Of a DNA stretch of 64,000 nt, positions 10,701 to 18,785 are shown one piece after another (the first letter of the stretch is position 1; every line of letters begins with the position of its first letter). The stretch is from Desulfobacteraceae bacterium. Lineage in GTDB: Bacteria > Desulfobacterota > Desulfobacteria > Desulfobacterales > Desulfatirhabdiaceae. The notes below the pieces were generated by a model. The model was not told the DNA's origin, did no database searches, and worked only from the letters and a program-made list of their open reading frames with translations. Location: contig JBBIWB010000011.1 in the NCBI GenBank assembly GCA_037439445.1, forward strand, positions 6,671 through 70,670, given 5' to 3'. A program made the position numbers and the translations under genes.

Positions 10701-12001
10701 CTCATGCCTGCATAAATATGTGATCTTGCTGCAAGTCTGTTGTTGTCATGGGTTTCCGCAAAATGGACAAGAAGTCCGTCTTTGACAGAAATATCCGTAA
10801 ACAAAGGAATATAGGATTCTATCTGATTGCGGTCATAGTTTTGAAACAACTCTGAATATGCCCAGTCAAAATTGGCTGTGTTCAGAATGTCCCTTGCAAC
10901 AGATATTTTTCCGCCAAGACCTTCCAGGAAGAAAATCGTATCAGGATATTGCTCTCTAACTACTGCAACAATGTATTTCCATGCAGGAACAGGTATCATG
11001 TACCCTGCATCGCATCTGAACCCGTCAACTCCTCTTTTGCACCAGGTCAGAAAAACTTCTGCCATGTATTTCCAGAGTTCGGGTTTGGAATAGTCAAGAC
11101 GGGTAAGATCTTCCCACTGAATGCCCCATGCTCCAGGGACCTCGATTCGTCCGTCCTTGTCACGAACCAGCCATTCGGGATGGGTTTCATGAAGTGAGGC
11201 AGCCCATCCCGTGTGATTTGTTGCAATATCAATGATGATTCCTGCATTCCTGGTGTGAACGGCATCTACTAACTCGATGAATTGCTCAAGGGGGGTTGCC
11301 TTAGGATCAAACTCGGCAAGAGCCGGATCTACTGCTGTGAAGCTGAGGGCTGCATAAGGGCTTCCAAACCTGCCCATCCTGGCATAGGTGGTGGGAGTTG
11401 GGTGTACCGGAAGAAGGTGTAAAAATCTGCATCCAAGCCTTCCAATGATAAAATCGAGTTCCTCAATCAGATTTCTGAATGTTCCGGACTTTGGGATTAC
11501 AGTATATCCTGCCTTGTCCAGCTCGTTAACAAAGAATTTTTCATCTTTTCCAGGTGTTGCCTTTCCTGCCTTGTTCGGGCCGAATTGACGTACAAAAGCA
11601 TTGTAAATGCTGTTGGCGCAGCATGTGCTTGAAGATCTGACATTTATAATTGTATTAGAGCCTTCAGGCCATTCCGGATCTGATTTACCATCTTCTAGAA
11701 AAAAACATTTGGCTTCACAATGACCGATTTCAGCCAGTGGAAGGGTAATCTGAAAGAGACGATCATGAATCATTACCATTGGGATGTCAAACCAGTCATG
11801 TCCGAGGAATGGCTTGTCGTTGTCAATATGTTCGATTATTTCCTTGCGGCTGGTTGCAATATGGCCTATATTTGTTCTTATCCAGGCTTTGCCCTTTAAA
11901 GCGTGATCGAGCGAAAGGCTGAATTTAAGGCAGTCGCCTCTAAATGCCTGAATATGTATTCCAGGTATCGGGTTTTGTTTAAGACGACTTGAAACGGTCA
12001 T
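7709..12001 (-). CDS. Eukaryote-type glycogen debranching enzyme (GH13 glucanotransferase-like N-half plus amylo-alpha-1,6-glucosidase GDE_C C-half)
   Basis: 1430 aa. The N-half has GH13-like catalytic regions (DIATNHTGW, GFRCDAGYMIP, FFLEGLGG, FAETHDNNR). The C-half has GDE_C-type motifs (GYPWFLDWGRDALIVVRG, DAQLWFF, GYPVEIQALW, YHNGTAWTWL). Confidence 0.85.
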   Translation of the reverse strand: MTVSSRLKQNPIPGIHIQAFRGDCLKFSLSLDHALKGKAWIRTNIGHIATSRKEIIEHIDNDKPFLGHDWFDIPMVMIHDRLFQITLPLAEIGHCEAKCFFLEDGKSDPEWPEGSNTIINVRSSSTCCANSIYNAFVRQFGPNKAGKATPGKDEKFFVNELDKAGYTVIPKSGTFRNLIEELDFIIGRLGCRFLHLLPVHPTPTTYARMGRFGSPYAALSFTAVDPALAEFDPKATPLEQFIELVDAVHTRNAGIIIDIATNHTGWAASLHETHPEWLVRDKDGRIEVPGAWGIQWEDLTRLDYSKPELWKYMAEVFLTWCKRGVDGFRCDAGYMIPVPAWKYIVAVVREQYPDTIFFLEGLGGKISVARDILNTANFDWAYSELFQNYDRNQIESYIPLFTDISVKDGLLVHFAETHDNNRLAARSHIYAGMRTALCALFSINGGFGFANGVEWLATEKINVHESPSLNWGSEPNQVDLIRRLTAILNIHPVFHDKTSVKLIQKGHGNHVVLLRFHEPSGKKLVIVVNLDDLNPVTACWEPHHSKLLLWDLLTGGSIQLSESDESHFLRLAPGQVFCLTEDNEDLRNLSSELEHPSLLAERIESQHLKAKVLDILQTYNGVKDIGLIDIDKAARLLASDPVACCKMLNPSGSESPRVVTWQWPNDSKRHVIVPPGHFLLVKAKKSFRAKITDGNRTFNQEQSFAGPDNSHFALFTPLPSSICPCSIILKLSVYMPEKCHHVDSHLLYLSAPGEDPQIKQLFHRSQVAGKQTLFLSANSRGAVLRAPIDWGNLYSRYDALLAANLNPAIPENRWIMLSRFRAWGLFQGYSTEICMDCFDAFGIDDEGWGLWRFCVPMGQGEYVFIVIGMKIDPNENLLQMTFFRYPKDSEPSFLPDSKPIQLILRPDIENRSFHETTKAYLGPENIFHKSTAATSEGFVFQPDPYHKLEIRLSGGNYHTEPQWQYMTHRPVEAARGLDPDSDLFSPGYFSIPLKGGQKAGLSAQITSSDTAFRTSINTAPKNITGFFDNPSSRSFTEILKNTLKQYIVKRGGLKSVIAGYPWFLDWGRDALIVVRGMIAAGFYQDAKDVLIQFGQFEQQGTLPNMINGYDAGNRDTSDAQLWFFAACRDLINAEGHEGFLNQPCGNRTLLEVLVSIGESYLSGTINGICLDSESGLVFSPAHYTWMDTNHPAGTPREGYPVEIQALWFSALTFLACYDNKAKTEKWKKLSEKVRSSVMELFFLKEEGFLSDCLHAAPGISARMAQKDDALRPNQLLAITMGLISNKGSSQKILKACEELLVPGAIRSLADRPLKHPLEIRHSGQLVNDPYHPYQGKYTGDEDTRRKPAYHNGTAWTWLFPSYCEAWMKCYGKDGKDAARAILYSSINLIQSGCINHVPEILDGDYPHTPRGCDAQAWGVSELLRVWLLTL

Positions 12002-12288
12002 GGATGAGTAACAATAAGCACATTATTTTTTGTTCCAAAACAGTTCATGGATGTTAGGCTGTTATGCTGGTCTAGTTTCCACTGCCCGTCCACAAGGAAT
12101 TTATATTCATAGCGTCCGGCGTCAAGCATTAGAATTTTTTCCCATGTTCCGGTTTTGTTCTTTTTCATGGGATGGGCTGTCTTGTCCCAATTGTTGAAGT
12201 CGCCAGCCAGTGACACCTGAATTGCTTCAGGGGCATTCAGTGAAAAAACTGTCCTTCTTTTTTTGCTTTTAGATGCTGGCATTGCCAT
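11998..12288 (-). CDS. Glycogen-binding CBM48 (AMPK beta/isoamylase N-type) domain protein
   Basis: Contains VSLAGDFNNWDKTAHPMKK...GTWE...LDAGRYEYKFLVDGQW. I prefer the ATG at 12288 (MAMPASK) because AAGGAGG lies 6 nt upstream. The ORF track start is 12357. The stop overlaps the GDE start by 4 nt. Confidence 0.75.
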   Translation of the reverse strand: MAMPASKSKKRRTVFSLNAPEAIQVSLAGDFNNWDKTAHPMKKNKTGTWEKILMLDAGRYEYKFLVDGQWKLDQHNSLTSMNCFGTKNNVLIVTHP

Positions 12289-12699
12289 TGTTGACCTCCT
12301 TAGGAGTAAGTTTCTGACGGCACCTTCAAAAAAGTCTGGATGCTGCAATCTGGCCATCCTTAATGATTAAAGCCAGAAGTGCTATTAAGGTGGAAACAGT
12401 CAAGTAAAAGCTTGAAAATTCATCAGCATAGTCATGTGAAATTCACAGGGTGATGACGTTTGCAAGGCTGAATAAATAGGGTCGAAAAATAAAAACACAA
12501 GAATTATTTATGCTATCTAAAATGAAATCCTCAACTTGTCAACGTATTTTAATGGAGATCAATATACACATGGAATTGCTGTACTAATATTGACTTTTAG
12601 AACTCTATCATATAGGTTATTGACCGTGTATTCAGTCTATCTGCATGAATACCCGAGAAGTTATATAACACTCTGTAAGGAAAGAGATAGCCTGTCTTG

Positions 12700-14019
12700 A
12701 TGCTTGAAGATATCATATCGTATGCCAATAATCTTGAGAGGGTTTTGGATAACCTTAAAGAAGGCATAATTGCTCATGATACTGAAAGACGCATTTTTTA
12801 TTTCAATCGGGAAGCTGAGAAAATAACTGGATTTTCCAGAAATGAAGTGATGGGAAAGGATTGCCATCTTGCCTTTGGCAAGCCTTTTTGCGGAAACAGA
12901 TGTGATTTCTGTAATGATAATCCCGTCCCTGGTGAAAAAGAAGAATATCTTACCCATATTCAGACCAGGAACGGAGATTTCAGGTGTATCGAAATGCGTG
13001 TTACTTCAATGAGAGACAATATCGGAAATCTTATTGGGGTGTTGGCTGCTTTCAGAGATGTGACTGGTTTGTTAAATCTTCAGTTAAAGGCTGAAAAACC
13101 GCAGGGGTTTGCCGACATCATTGGCCAGGATGCAAGAATGATTGAAATTTTCAACCAGATTCGAAACATTGCTGGTTATGATTATCCTGTTCATATTTCT
13201 GGTGAAACTGGAACAGGAAAAGAGCTGGTTGCAGCAGCACTTCACAGTGAAAGCCCCAGAAGAGGCGGACCATTTGTACCCATAAACTGCGGGGCACTTC
13301 CCGATGGCCTAATTGAAAGCGAGCTTTTCGGACATGTAAAAGGCGCTTTTACGGGTGCTATAAGGGACAAAAAAGGAAGGTTTGAACTTGCTGACGGCGG
13401 AACCGTTTTTCTTGATGAAGTGGCTGATCTTAGCAAGCCGGTTCAGGTGAAGCTTCTGAGGTTTCTTCAGGAAGGGGAGTTTGACAGGGTTGGGGGTGAA
13501 AAACCAGTTTCAGTAAATGTGAAGGTAACTAGTGCTACCAATAAGGATCTAAGGAAAGAAGTTGAGATGAACCGTTTCAGGGATGATCTTTACTATCGCC
13601 TGAATGTCATTCCCATTCATCTTCCTCCGTTAAGGGAGCGAAAAATCGACATTCCTCTCCTTGTTGAACATTTTTTGCAGGAAGCTGCCAAAAGAAACGG
13701 CCATAAACCCTTAAGGATTTCTAAAGACGCACTGTCTCTGTTTACAGCATATGGATGGCCGGGAAATGTCCGTGAGCTTCAAAATGCCATTCAGTATGCT
13801 GTTGTCAAATGCAGGGGAAACATCATCCTCCCTGAACACATTCCTTTTGAAATAGGCTACAGGAATCAACTGGAAAGACAGCAGGAAAATTCCGACAAAC
13901 TGAACGACTACATTGTGAAATCAGCTCTTGAGACGACAGGCGGGAACAAGGTAAAGGCTGCAAAATTTTTGGGTGTAAGCAGGGCAACTCTTTACAGGTA
14001 CTTCAAAAAAAATGTTTAA
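12700..14019 (+). CDS. Sigma-54-dependent transcriptional activator (PAS, AAA+, Fis-type HTH)
   Basis: PAS-like N-terminus, Walker A GETGTGKE, GAFTGA motif (GHVKGAFTGA), WPGNVRELQN, and a C-terminal HTH (AAKFLGVSRATLYRY). Confidence 0.9.
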   Translation: MLEDIISYANNLERVLDNLKEGIIAHDTERRIFYFNREAEKITGFSRNEVMGKDCHLAFGKPFCGNRCDFCNDNPVPGEKEEYLTHIQTRNGDFRCIEMRVTSMRDNIGNLIGVLAAFRDVTGLLNLQLKAEKPQGFADIIGQDARMIEIFNQIRNIAGYDYPVHISGETGTGKELVAAALHSESPRRGGPFVPINCGALPDGLIESELFGHVKGAFTGAIRDKKGRFELADGGTVFLDEVADLSKPVQVKLLRFLQEGEFDRVGGEKPVSVNVKVTSATNKDLRKEVEMNRFRDDLYYRLNVIPIHLPPLRERKIDIPLLVEHFLQEAAKRNGHKPLRISKDALSLFTAYGWPGNVRELQNAIQYAVVKCRGNIILPEHIPFEIGYRNQLERQQENSDKLNDYIVKSALETTGGNKVKAAKFLGVSRATLYRYFKKNV

Positions 14020-14995
14020 ATATTCAGGGAAAAGAGTCCTCATTACAGGTGGACTTGGTTTTATCGGATCAAATCTTGCCCGTCATCTTGTATCCGTATC
14101 AGCAGAAGTCACTCTTGCCGATAGTCTTATTCCCCAGTACGGCGGGAATCAGTTCAATATCCATGATTTCAAGGACAAGGTTTGCGTAAATGTCTGCGAT
14201 ATCCGGGATCCCCATGCCATGGCTTATCTGGTACAGGGCAAAGACTATATTTTTAACCTTGCTGGTCAGACCAGTCACATGGATTCCATGACAGACCCCC
14301 AGACAGACCTGGAAATAAATGCTAAGGCCCAGCTATCCATTCTTGAAGCTTGCCGCAAAACCAACCGCGATGTAAAAATAGTATTTGCCAGTACCCGCCA
14401 GCTTTACGGAAAACCTAAATACCTCCCTGTGGATGAAGCTCATCCTGTTGAGCCAGTAGATGTTAACGGAATCAACAAGCTTGCAGGTGAGTGGTATCAT
14501 CTTCTTTATAACAATGTCTATGGCATTTGCGCATGTGCTTTAAGGCTTACCAATACTTTCGGACCTGGAATGAGGGTAAGGGATGCTAGACAGACTTTTC
14601 TGGGTATCTGGGTTCGTAAGCTAATTGAAGGAAGTTCTATACAAGTATTCGGAGACGGCCTGCAGTTGCGCGATTTTAACTATGTGGATGACTGTGTTGA
14701 GGCCTTGCTCATGGCAGGTGAAAGTGATAATGCAAATGGCAGGGTATATAACCTTGGAAGCAAAGAGGTGATTTGCCTTAAAGACCTGGCAGAAAAAATG
14801 ACGAGCCTTGGTTACGGCGGCAGGTTTGAACTTGTTGCGTTTCCGCAGGATCGTAAGTCAATCGATATAGGAGACTACTATGGAGATTTTTCTTTGATAA
14901 GAAAGGAACTGGGCTGGTATCCCAGGATAGATCTGGAAGAAGGCCTGAGAAGAACTATTGACTATTACAGACTCCATCACCGTCATTACTGGTAA
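14012..14995 (+). CDS. Extended-SDR NAD-dependent sugar-nucleotide epimerase/dehydratase/decarboxylase-like protein
   Basis: Rossmann motif VLITGGLGFIGSNL and ASTRQLYG. The start overlaps the activator stop by 8 nt. The exact substrate cannot be assigned from sequence. Confidence 0.85.
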   Translation: MFKYSGKRVLITGGLGFIGSNLARHLVSVSAEVTLADSLIPQYGGNQFNIHDFKDKVCVNVCDIRDPHAMAYLVQGKDYIFNLAGQTSHMDSMTDPQTDLEINAKAQLSILEACRKTNRDVKIVFASTRQLYGKPKYLPVDEAHPVEPVDVNGINKLAGEWYHLLYNNVYGICACALRLTNTFGPGMRVRDARQTFLGIWVRKLIEGSSIQVFGDGLQLRDFNYVDDCVEALLMAGESDNANGRVYNLGSKEVICLKDLAEKMTSLGYGGRFELVAFPQDRKSIDIGDYYGDFSLIRKELGWYPRIDLEEGLRRTIDYYRLHHRHYW

Positions 14996-15000
14996 AGCCC

Positions 15001-16095
15001 ATGATCCTGATGAACGATTTCAAAGCAATTCCTGCTGAATTGCGCCAGGCGATAATGGATGCTGTCAAGAGGGTAATTGATTCAGGATATTATATTCTGG
15101 GAAAAGAAGTTATAGATTTTGAATGTGAGTGGGCTAAGACATGCGGAACAGGTTTTGCCATCGGTGTCGGAAATGGACTTGATGCCATAGAGATTGCCCT
15201 CAGAGTTTTGAATATAGGCCCTGGTGAAGAAGTTATTACAACCCCCATGACAGCCTTTGCATCAGTTCTGGCAATAATGCGTGCTGGTGCAATTCCAGTG
15301 CTTGCAGATATCATTCCTGAAACTGCCCTGATGGATACGGAGAGTGTAAGGCGCTGTATTTCTGATAAAACCCGTGCTGTTTTACTGGTTCATATATATG
15401 GTCAGGTTTGCCATATGGATGAGTGGAACGGAATATGCCGTGAAAGAGGAATAGCGCTTATTGAAGATTGTGCCCAGGCCCATGGAGCAACATGGCAGAG
15501 AAAAGTTGCCGGCTCTTTTGGTTCAATCGGAGCATACAGCTTCTATCCAACTAAAAATCTTGGTTCTTTAGGAGATGCAGGAGCACTTGTGACAAATGAT
15601 TCAGATCTGGCAAACAAGGCCAGATGCCTGCGCAATTATGGACAGAGTATTCGTTACTACCATCCTGTGATTGGCATGAACAGCCGTATGGATGAAATTC
15701 AAGCCGCAATTCTTTCAGAGCAACTGAAGTGGCTTCCTCAATTTACAGAGCGTCGTAGAATGATTGCCTCAGCATTTCGTACGGGAATTAAAAATCCAAG
15801 AGTCCGCCTTCTTGCAGAACCTGAAGAAAGAGAATCCCATGTATATCACCTTTTCGTTGTGGCCTGTGATGACAGGGATGAGCTCCAGAGGCACATGAAC
15901 ATGAAAGGGGTTCAGACTCTTGTTCATTATCCTGTCCCAATTCACCACCAGGAGCCTTGCCTTTCAATCAAAAAGGATCCTTTAGGCTTGTTCCGTTCAG
16001 AGGCCCACGCAAAAACCTGTCTTTCTATACCATGCAATCCCCAATTGACTGATAGTGATCTGGAAATAGTAATCGATGCGGTTAATTCGTTTTGA
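15001..16095 (+). CDS. DegT/DnrJ/EryC1/StrS-family (ArnB-like) sugar aminotransferase
   Basis: 364 aa. The family pattern includes ...SFYPTKNLG... (PLP-Lys region), EDCAQAHGA and NSRMDEIQAAIL. Confidence 0.9.
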   Translation: MILMNDFKAIPAELRQAIMDAVKRVIDSGYYILGKEVIDFECEWAKTCGTGFAIGVGNGLDAIEIALRVLNIGPGEEVITTPMTAFASVLAIMRAGAIPVLADIIPETALMDTESVRRCISDKTRAVLLVHIYGQVCHMDEWNGICRERGIALIEDCAQAHGATWQRKVAGSFGSIGAYSFYPTKNLGSLGDAGALVTNDSDLANKARCLRNYGQSIRYYHPVIGMNSRMDEIQAAILSEQLKWLPQFTERRRMIASAFRTGIKNPRVRLLAEPEERESHVYHLFVVACDDRDELQRHMNMKGVQTLVHYPVPIHHQEPCLSIKKDPLGLFRSEAHAKTCLSIPCNPQLTDSDLEIVIDAVNSF

Positions 16096-16131
16096 TCCTG
16101 TGCAGCAATGAACTGAAATTAAGAAATACAT

Positions 16132-16866
16132 ATGGAAAGAGATGAATACGAGCGCATGGCTGTTATGGAAGAAACGATGTGGTGGTATCGCGTCCTGCAC
16201 TTAAGGCTTGCAGAGGCCATCTTGAAGCTTGATTTATCTGATGGGTCATGCCTTCTGGATGCAGGGTGCGGTACTGGTGGATTCATTCAAAAACTTCAGA
16301 AAATTTTACCCCATATCAGGCTGACCGGGTTGGAAATGGACATTTTTGCTTCAAATATCTGCAAGGGTAAAACGAGTGATTGTGCTGTAAACGGCAATGT
16401 CAATAACATGCCCTTTCTATCAGAGATCTTCGATGTCATAGTATCTTCAGATGTTTTATATCACAGGTCTGTGGATGAAGAAGCTGCACTCATAGAATTT
16501 TACCGATGCCTGAAAAAAGGAGGAACCCTTTTGTTAAATCTTCCTGCTTACGACTGGATGAAATCAGGGCATGATAAAAATATACATACTGCCCGCCGCT
16601 ATACTGTAAAAGGAGTAAAAAAATTGTTAAATAGAACTGGCTTTGAGATTAAACAAACAGGGTACTGGAACAGCCTGCTTTTTCCTGTAATGATGTTGTG
16701 GCGCCTTACTGTAGGACGTTTTGAGGATTCAAGCGATGTTAAGGCTTTTCCTGAAAGAATAGACAGGTTGTTTTATTCAATTGCTGCAACAGAGAATACT
16801 TTGGCAGAACAGGGTATCAGGTTCCCATTCGGAGGATCTGTTTATGCTTATGCGGTGAAACCATGA
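16132..16866 (+). CDS. Class I SAM-dependent methyltransferase
   Basis: SAM-binding motif I LLDAGCGTGGF, and a post-I/II acidic residue pattern (LEMD). Confidence 0.8.
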   Translation: MERDEYERMAVMEETMWWYRVLHLRLAEAILKLDLSDGSCLLDAGCGTGGFIQKLQKILPHIRLTGLEMDIFASNICKGKTSDCAVNGNVNNMPFLSEIFDVIVSSDVLYHRSVDEEAALIEFYRCLKKGGTLLLNLPAYDWMKSGHDKNIHTARRYTVKGVKKLLNRTGFEIKQTGYWNSLLFPVMMLWRLTVGRFEDSSDVKAFPERIDRLFYSIAATENTLAEQGIRFPFGGSVYAYAVKP

Positions 16867-17825
16867 AAAACACAGAACCTTTATTTGAGCTCTCTATTGT
16901 AGTTCCAGTATATAACGGCGCAAAAAGTGTCCCGAATCTTGTAGAGGCATTAAGTGCCCTTGAGGTTTCCGGGGGGCTCGAGATTGTTCTTGTTAATGAC
17001 GGGAGTCCTGACAAATCGCTGGATGTTTGCCTTGATCAGTGCAGGCTTAACAAAACAGCGGTGTCTGTGATCAATTTATCGCGAAATTTTGGTGAGCACA
17101 ATGCAGTTATGGCAGGTCTGACTTACGCCAGGGGAGCTTACATCATAACTATGGATGATGACCTGCAAAATCCACCTGAGGAAGTCCTGCGTCTTTGGCT
17201 TCATACTAAAAATAACTGTTATGATGTTGTTTACACCTATTATGAAAAGAAGAAGCATTCATTCTGGCGTAATCTTGGCAGCAGTATTGCAAACTGGGTT
17301 GCTGATGTCCTGATTGAAAAACCAAAAAGGCTTTATCTCTGCAGCTTTCGATGTATGAGCTCCTTTACGGTTAAATCCATTCTTTCTTACACAGGCCCAT
17401 TTCCTTATGTAGATGGTCTTATAATGCAGGTGACAAAAAACATAGGGCAGCTTGAGGTAAAGCACATGGCTCGTGCTGTAGGACGAAGCAATTACACGAT
17501 TAGGCGTCTTATCAGGCTTTTCATGTCATTGTTCATAAATTTCTCTGTAATGCCTCTGAGAATAAGCACAATTATAGGGTTTATTTTTGCAGGCATAGGC
17601 CTTTTAGGTTTCATTTTCGTTCTGATTGAAGCAATTATGGGATCAACTCCTCAGGGCTGGGCATCACTTGCTGCAGCAACTCTTCTGCTTGCAGGAGTTC
17701 AGCTTATCATGTTAGGCATAGCAGGGGAGTATATAGGACATCTGTTTCTCACCATTAACAAGAAACCACAGTTCATAATTCGTGATATTGAATATAATCA
17801 GCTTGCAAATGGAAATAAAAGATGA
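16863..17825 (+). CDS. GT2 polyprenyl-phosphate glycosyltransferase (ArnC/GtrB/DPM1-like) with C-terminal TM helices
   Basis: SIVVPVYNGA, VNDGSPDKS and the MDDDLQNPPEE (DxD) motif. Two C-terminal hydrophobic helices. 4-nt overlap with the preceding gene. Confidence 0.85.
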   Translation: MKNTEPLFELSIVVPVYNGAKSVPNLVEALSALEVSGGLEIVLVNDGSPDKSLDVCLDQCRLNKTAVSVINLSRNFGEHNAVMAGLTYARGAYIITMDDDLQNPPEEVLRLWLHTKNNCYDVVYTYYEKKKHSFWRNLGSSIANWVADVLIEKPKRLYLCSFRCMSSFTVKSILSYTGPFPYVDGLIMQVTKNIGQLEVKHMARAVGRSNYTIRRLIRLFMSLFINFSVMPLRISTIIGFIFAGIGLLGFIFVLIEAIMGSTPQGWASLAAATLLLAGVQLIMLGIAGEYIGHLFLTINKKPQFIIRDIEYNQLANGNKR

Positions 17826-18157
17826 CTTTATCCTATCTGTCGCTGTCAGCAAGTATTTTTTTTGGTGTTGCTGGACAACTGCTTCTGAAATCAGGGGCAA
17901 TGAAGGAAACTCTGCGTGCACAGATTCTTGCGCCTCAAACCATACTTGGCCTTGGAATATATTTTATTGCAGCAGTCCTTTACATATTTGCGTTGAGAAA
18001 AATTCCGGTTTCCATTGCATTTCCTAGTGTTTCTGTTTCTTATGTCATAGTCGCAATCCTTGCCCATTTACTATACTCTGAGCCTTTAAGCTTTCCTGTC
18101 ATAGGGGGCATAATTTTTATAATAATTGGTGTGGTATTGATTTCAAGTCAAATGTGA
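17822..18157 (+). CDS. Small EamA/SMR-like membrane protein (ArnE/ArnF-like flippase subunit candidate)
   Basis: 111 aa with about 4 hydrophobic helices. It overlaps the GT2 gene by 4 nt. The ArnE/F assignment rests on size, topology and context only. Confidence 0.6.
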   Translation: MTLSYLSLSASIFFGVAGQLLLKSGAMKETLRAQILAPQTILGLGIYFIAAVLYIFALRKIPVSIAFPSVSVSYVIVAILAHLLYSEPLSFPVIGGIIFIIIGVVLISSQM

Positions 18158-18207
18158 TAAGCTTTTAAAAAATTCATAATCACTGCTTCAAGACAAGGAT
18201 TCGTTCA

Positions 18208-18762
18208 ATGAGATATCCAAAGGAAGTTGTTCTTAAAGAAAATAAGGAGGCTGTAATACGCCTGCTTGAAAAATGTGATGAAGCTTTGCTGAGAAAGTTC
18301 TATCTCGAACTTCCGGATTCTGACAGGTGGTTTATGCGTTATGATGTGCTTGATCCCAAGGTAATCCTGATGTGGATTGATAACATAGATCTGGCTACTG
18401 ATTTTTCCATTGTAGCTTTATCTGATGACAGGATCGTAGGGCATGCAAGCCTTCATCTGAGGGGATTCGGCTGTACCAGGCATATTGGAAAAATAAGGAT
18501 TGTGATCCTGCCTGAATACCGCCATATCCGATTGGGAACCTGGATGATGCTTGATATCATCCAGTTGGGAATGGACAAGGGGCTTGAAGAACTCCGAGCA
18601 GATTTAATCTCAGGAATCGAAGATTCAGCCATAGAGGCTGCATTGAAGTTGGATTTCTTTGAAAGAACCAGAATAAGGAATTATGTCAGGGATACCAGCG
18701 GCAATCTTCATGATTTAGTGATCATGACCAAGAGGCTTCACAAGAACTGGGGAGATTATTAG
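18208..18762 (+). CDS. GNAT-family N-acetyltransferase
   Basis: 184 aa with a GNAT core pattern (IRIVILPEYRHIRLGTWMM). Confidence 0.7.
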   Translation: MRYPKEVVLKENKEAVIRLLEKCDEALLRKFYLELPDSDRWFMRYDVLDPKVILMWIDNIDLATDFSIVALSDDRIVGHASLHLRGFGCTRHIGKIRIVILPEYRHIRLGTWMMLDIIQLGMDKGLEELRADLISGIEDSAIEAALKLDFFERTRIRNYVRDTSGNLHDLVIMTKRLHKNWGDY

Positions 18763-18785
18763 CATGTTGATTTACAGCACTATGG

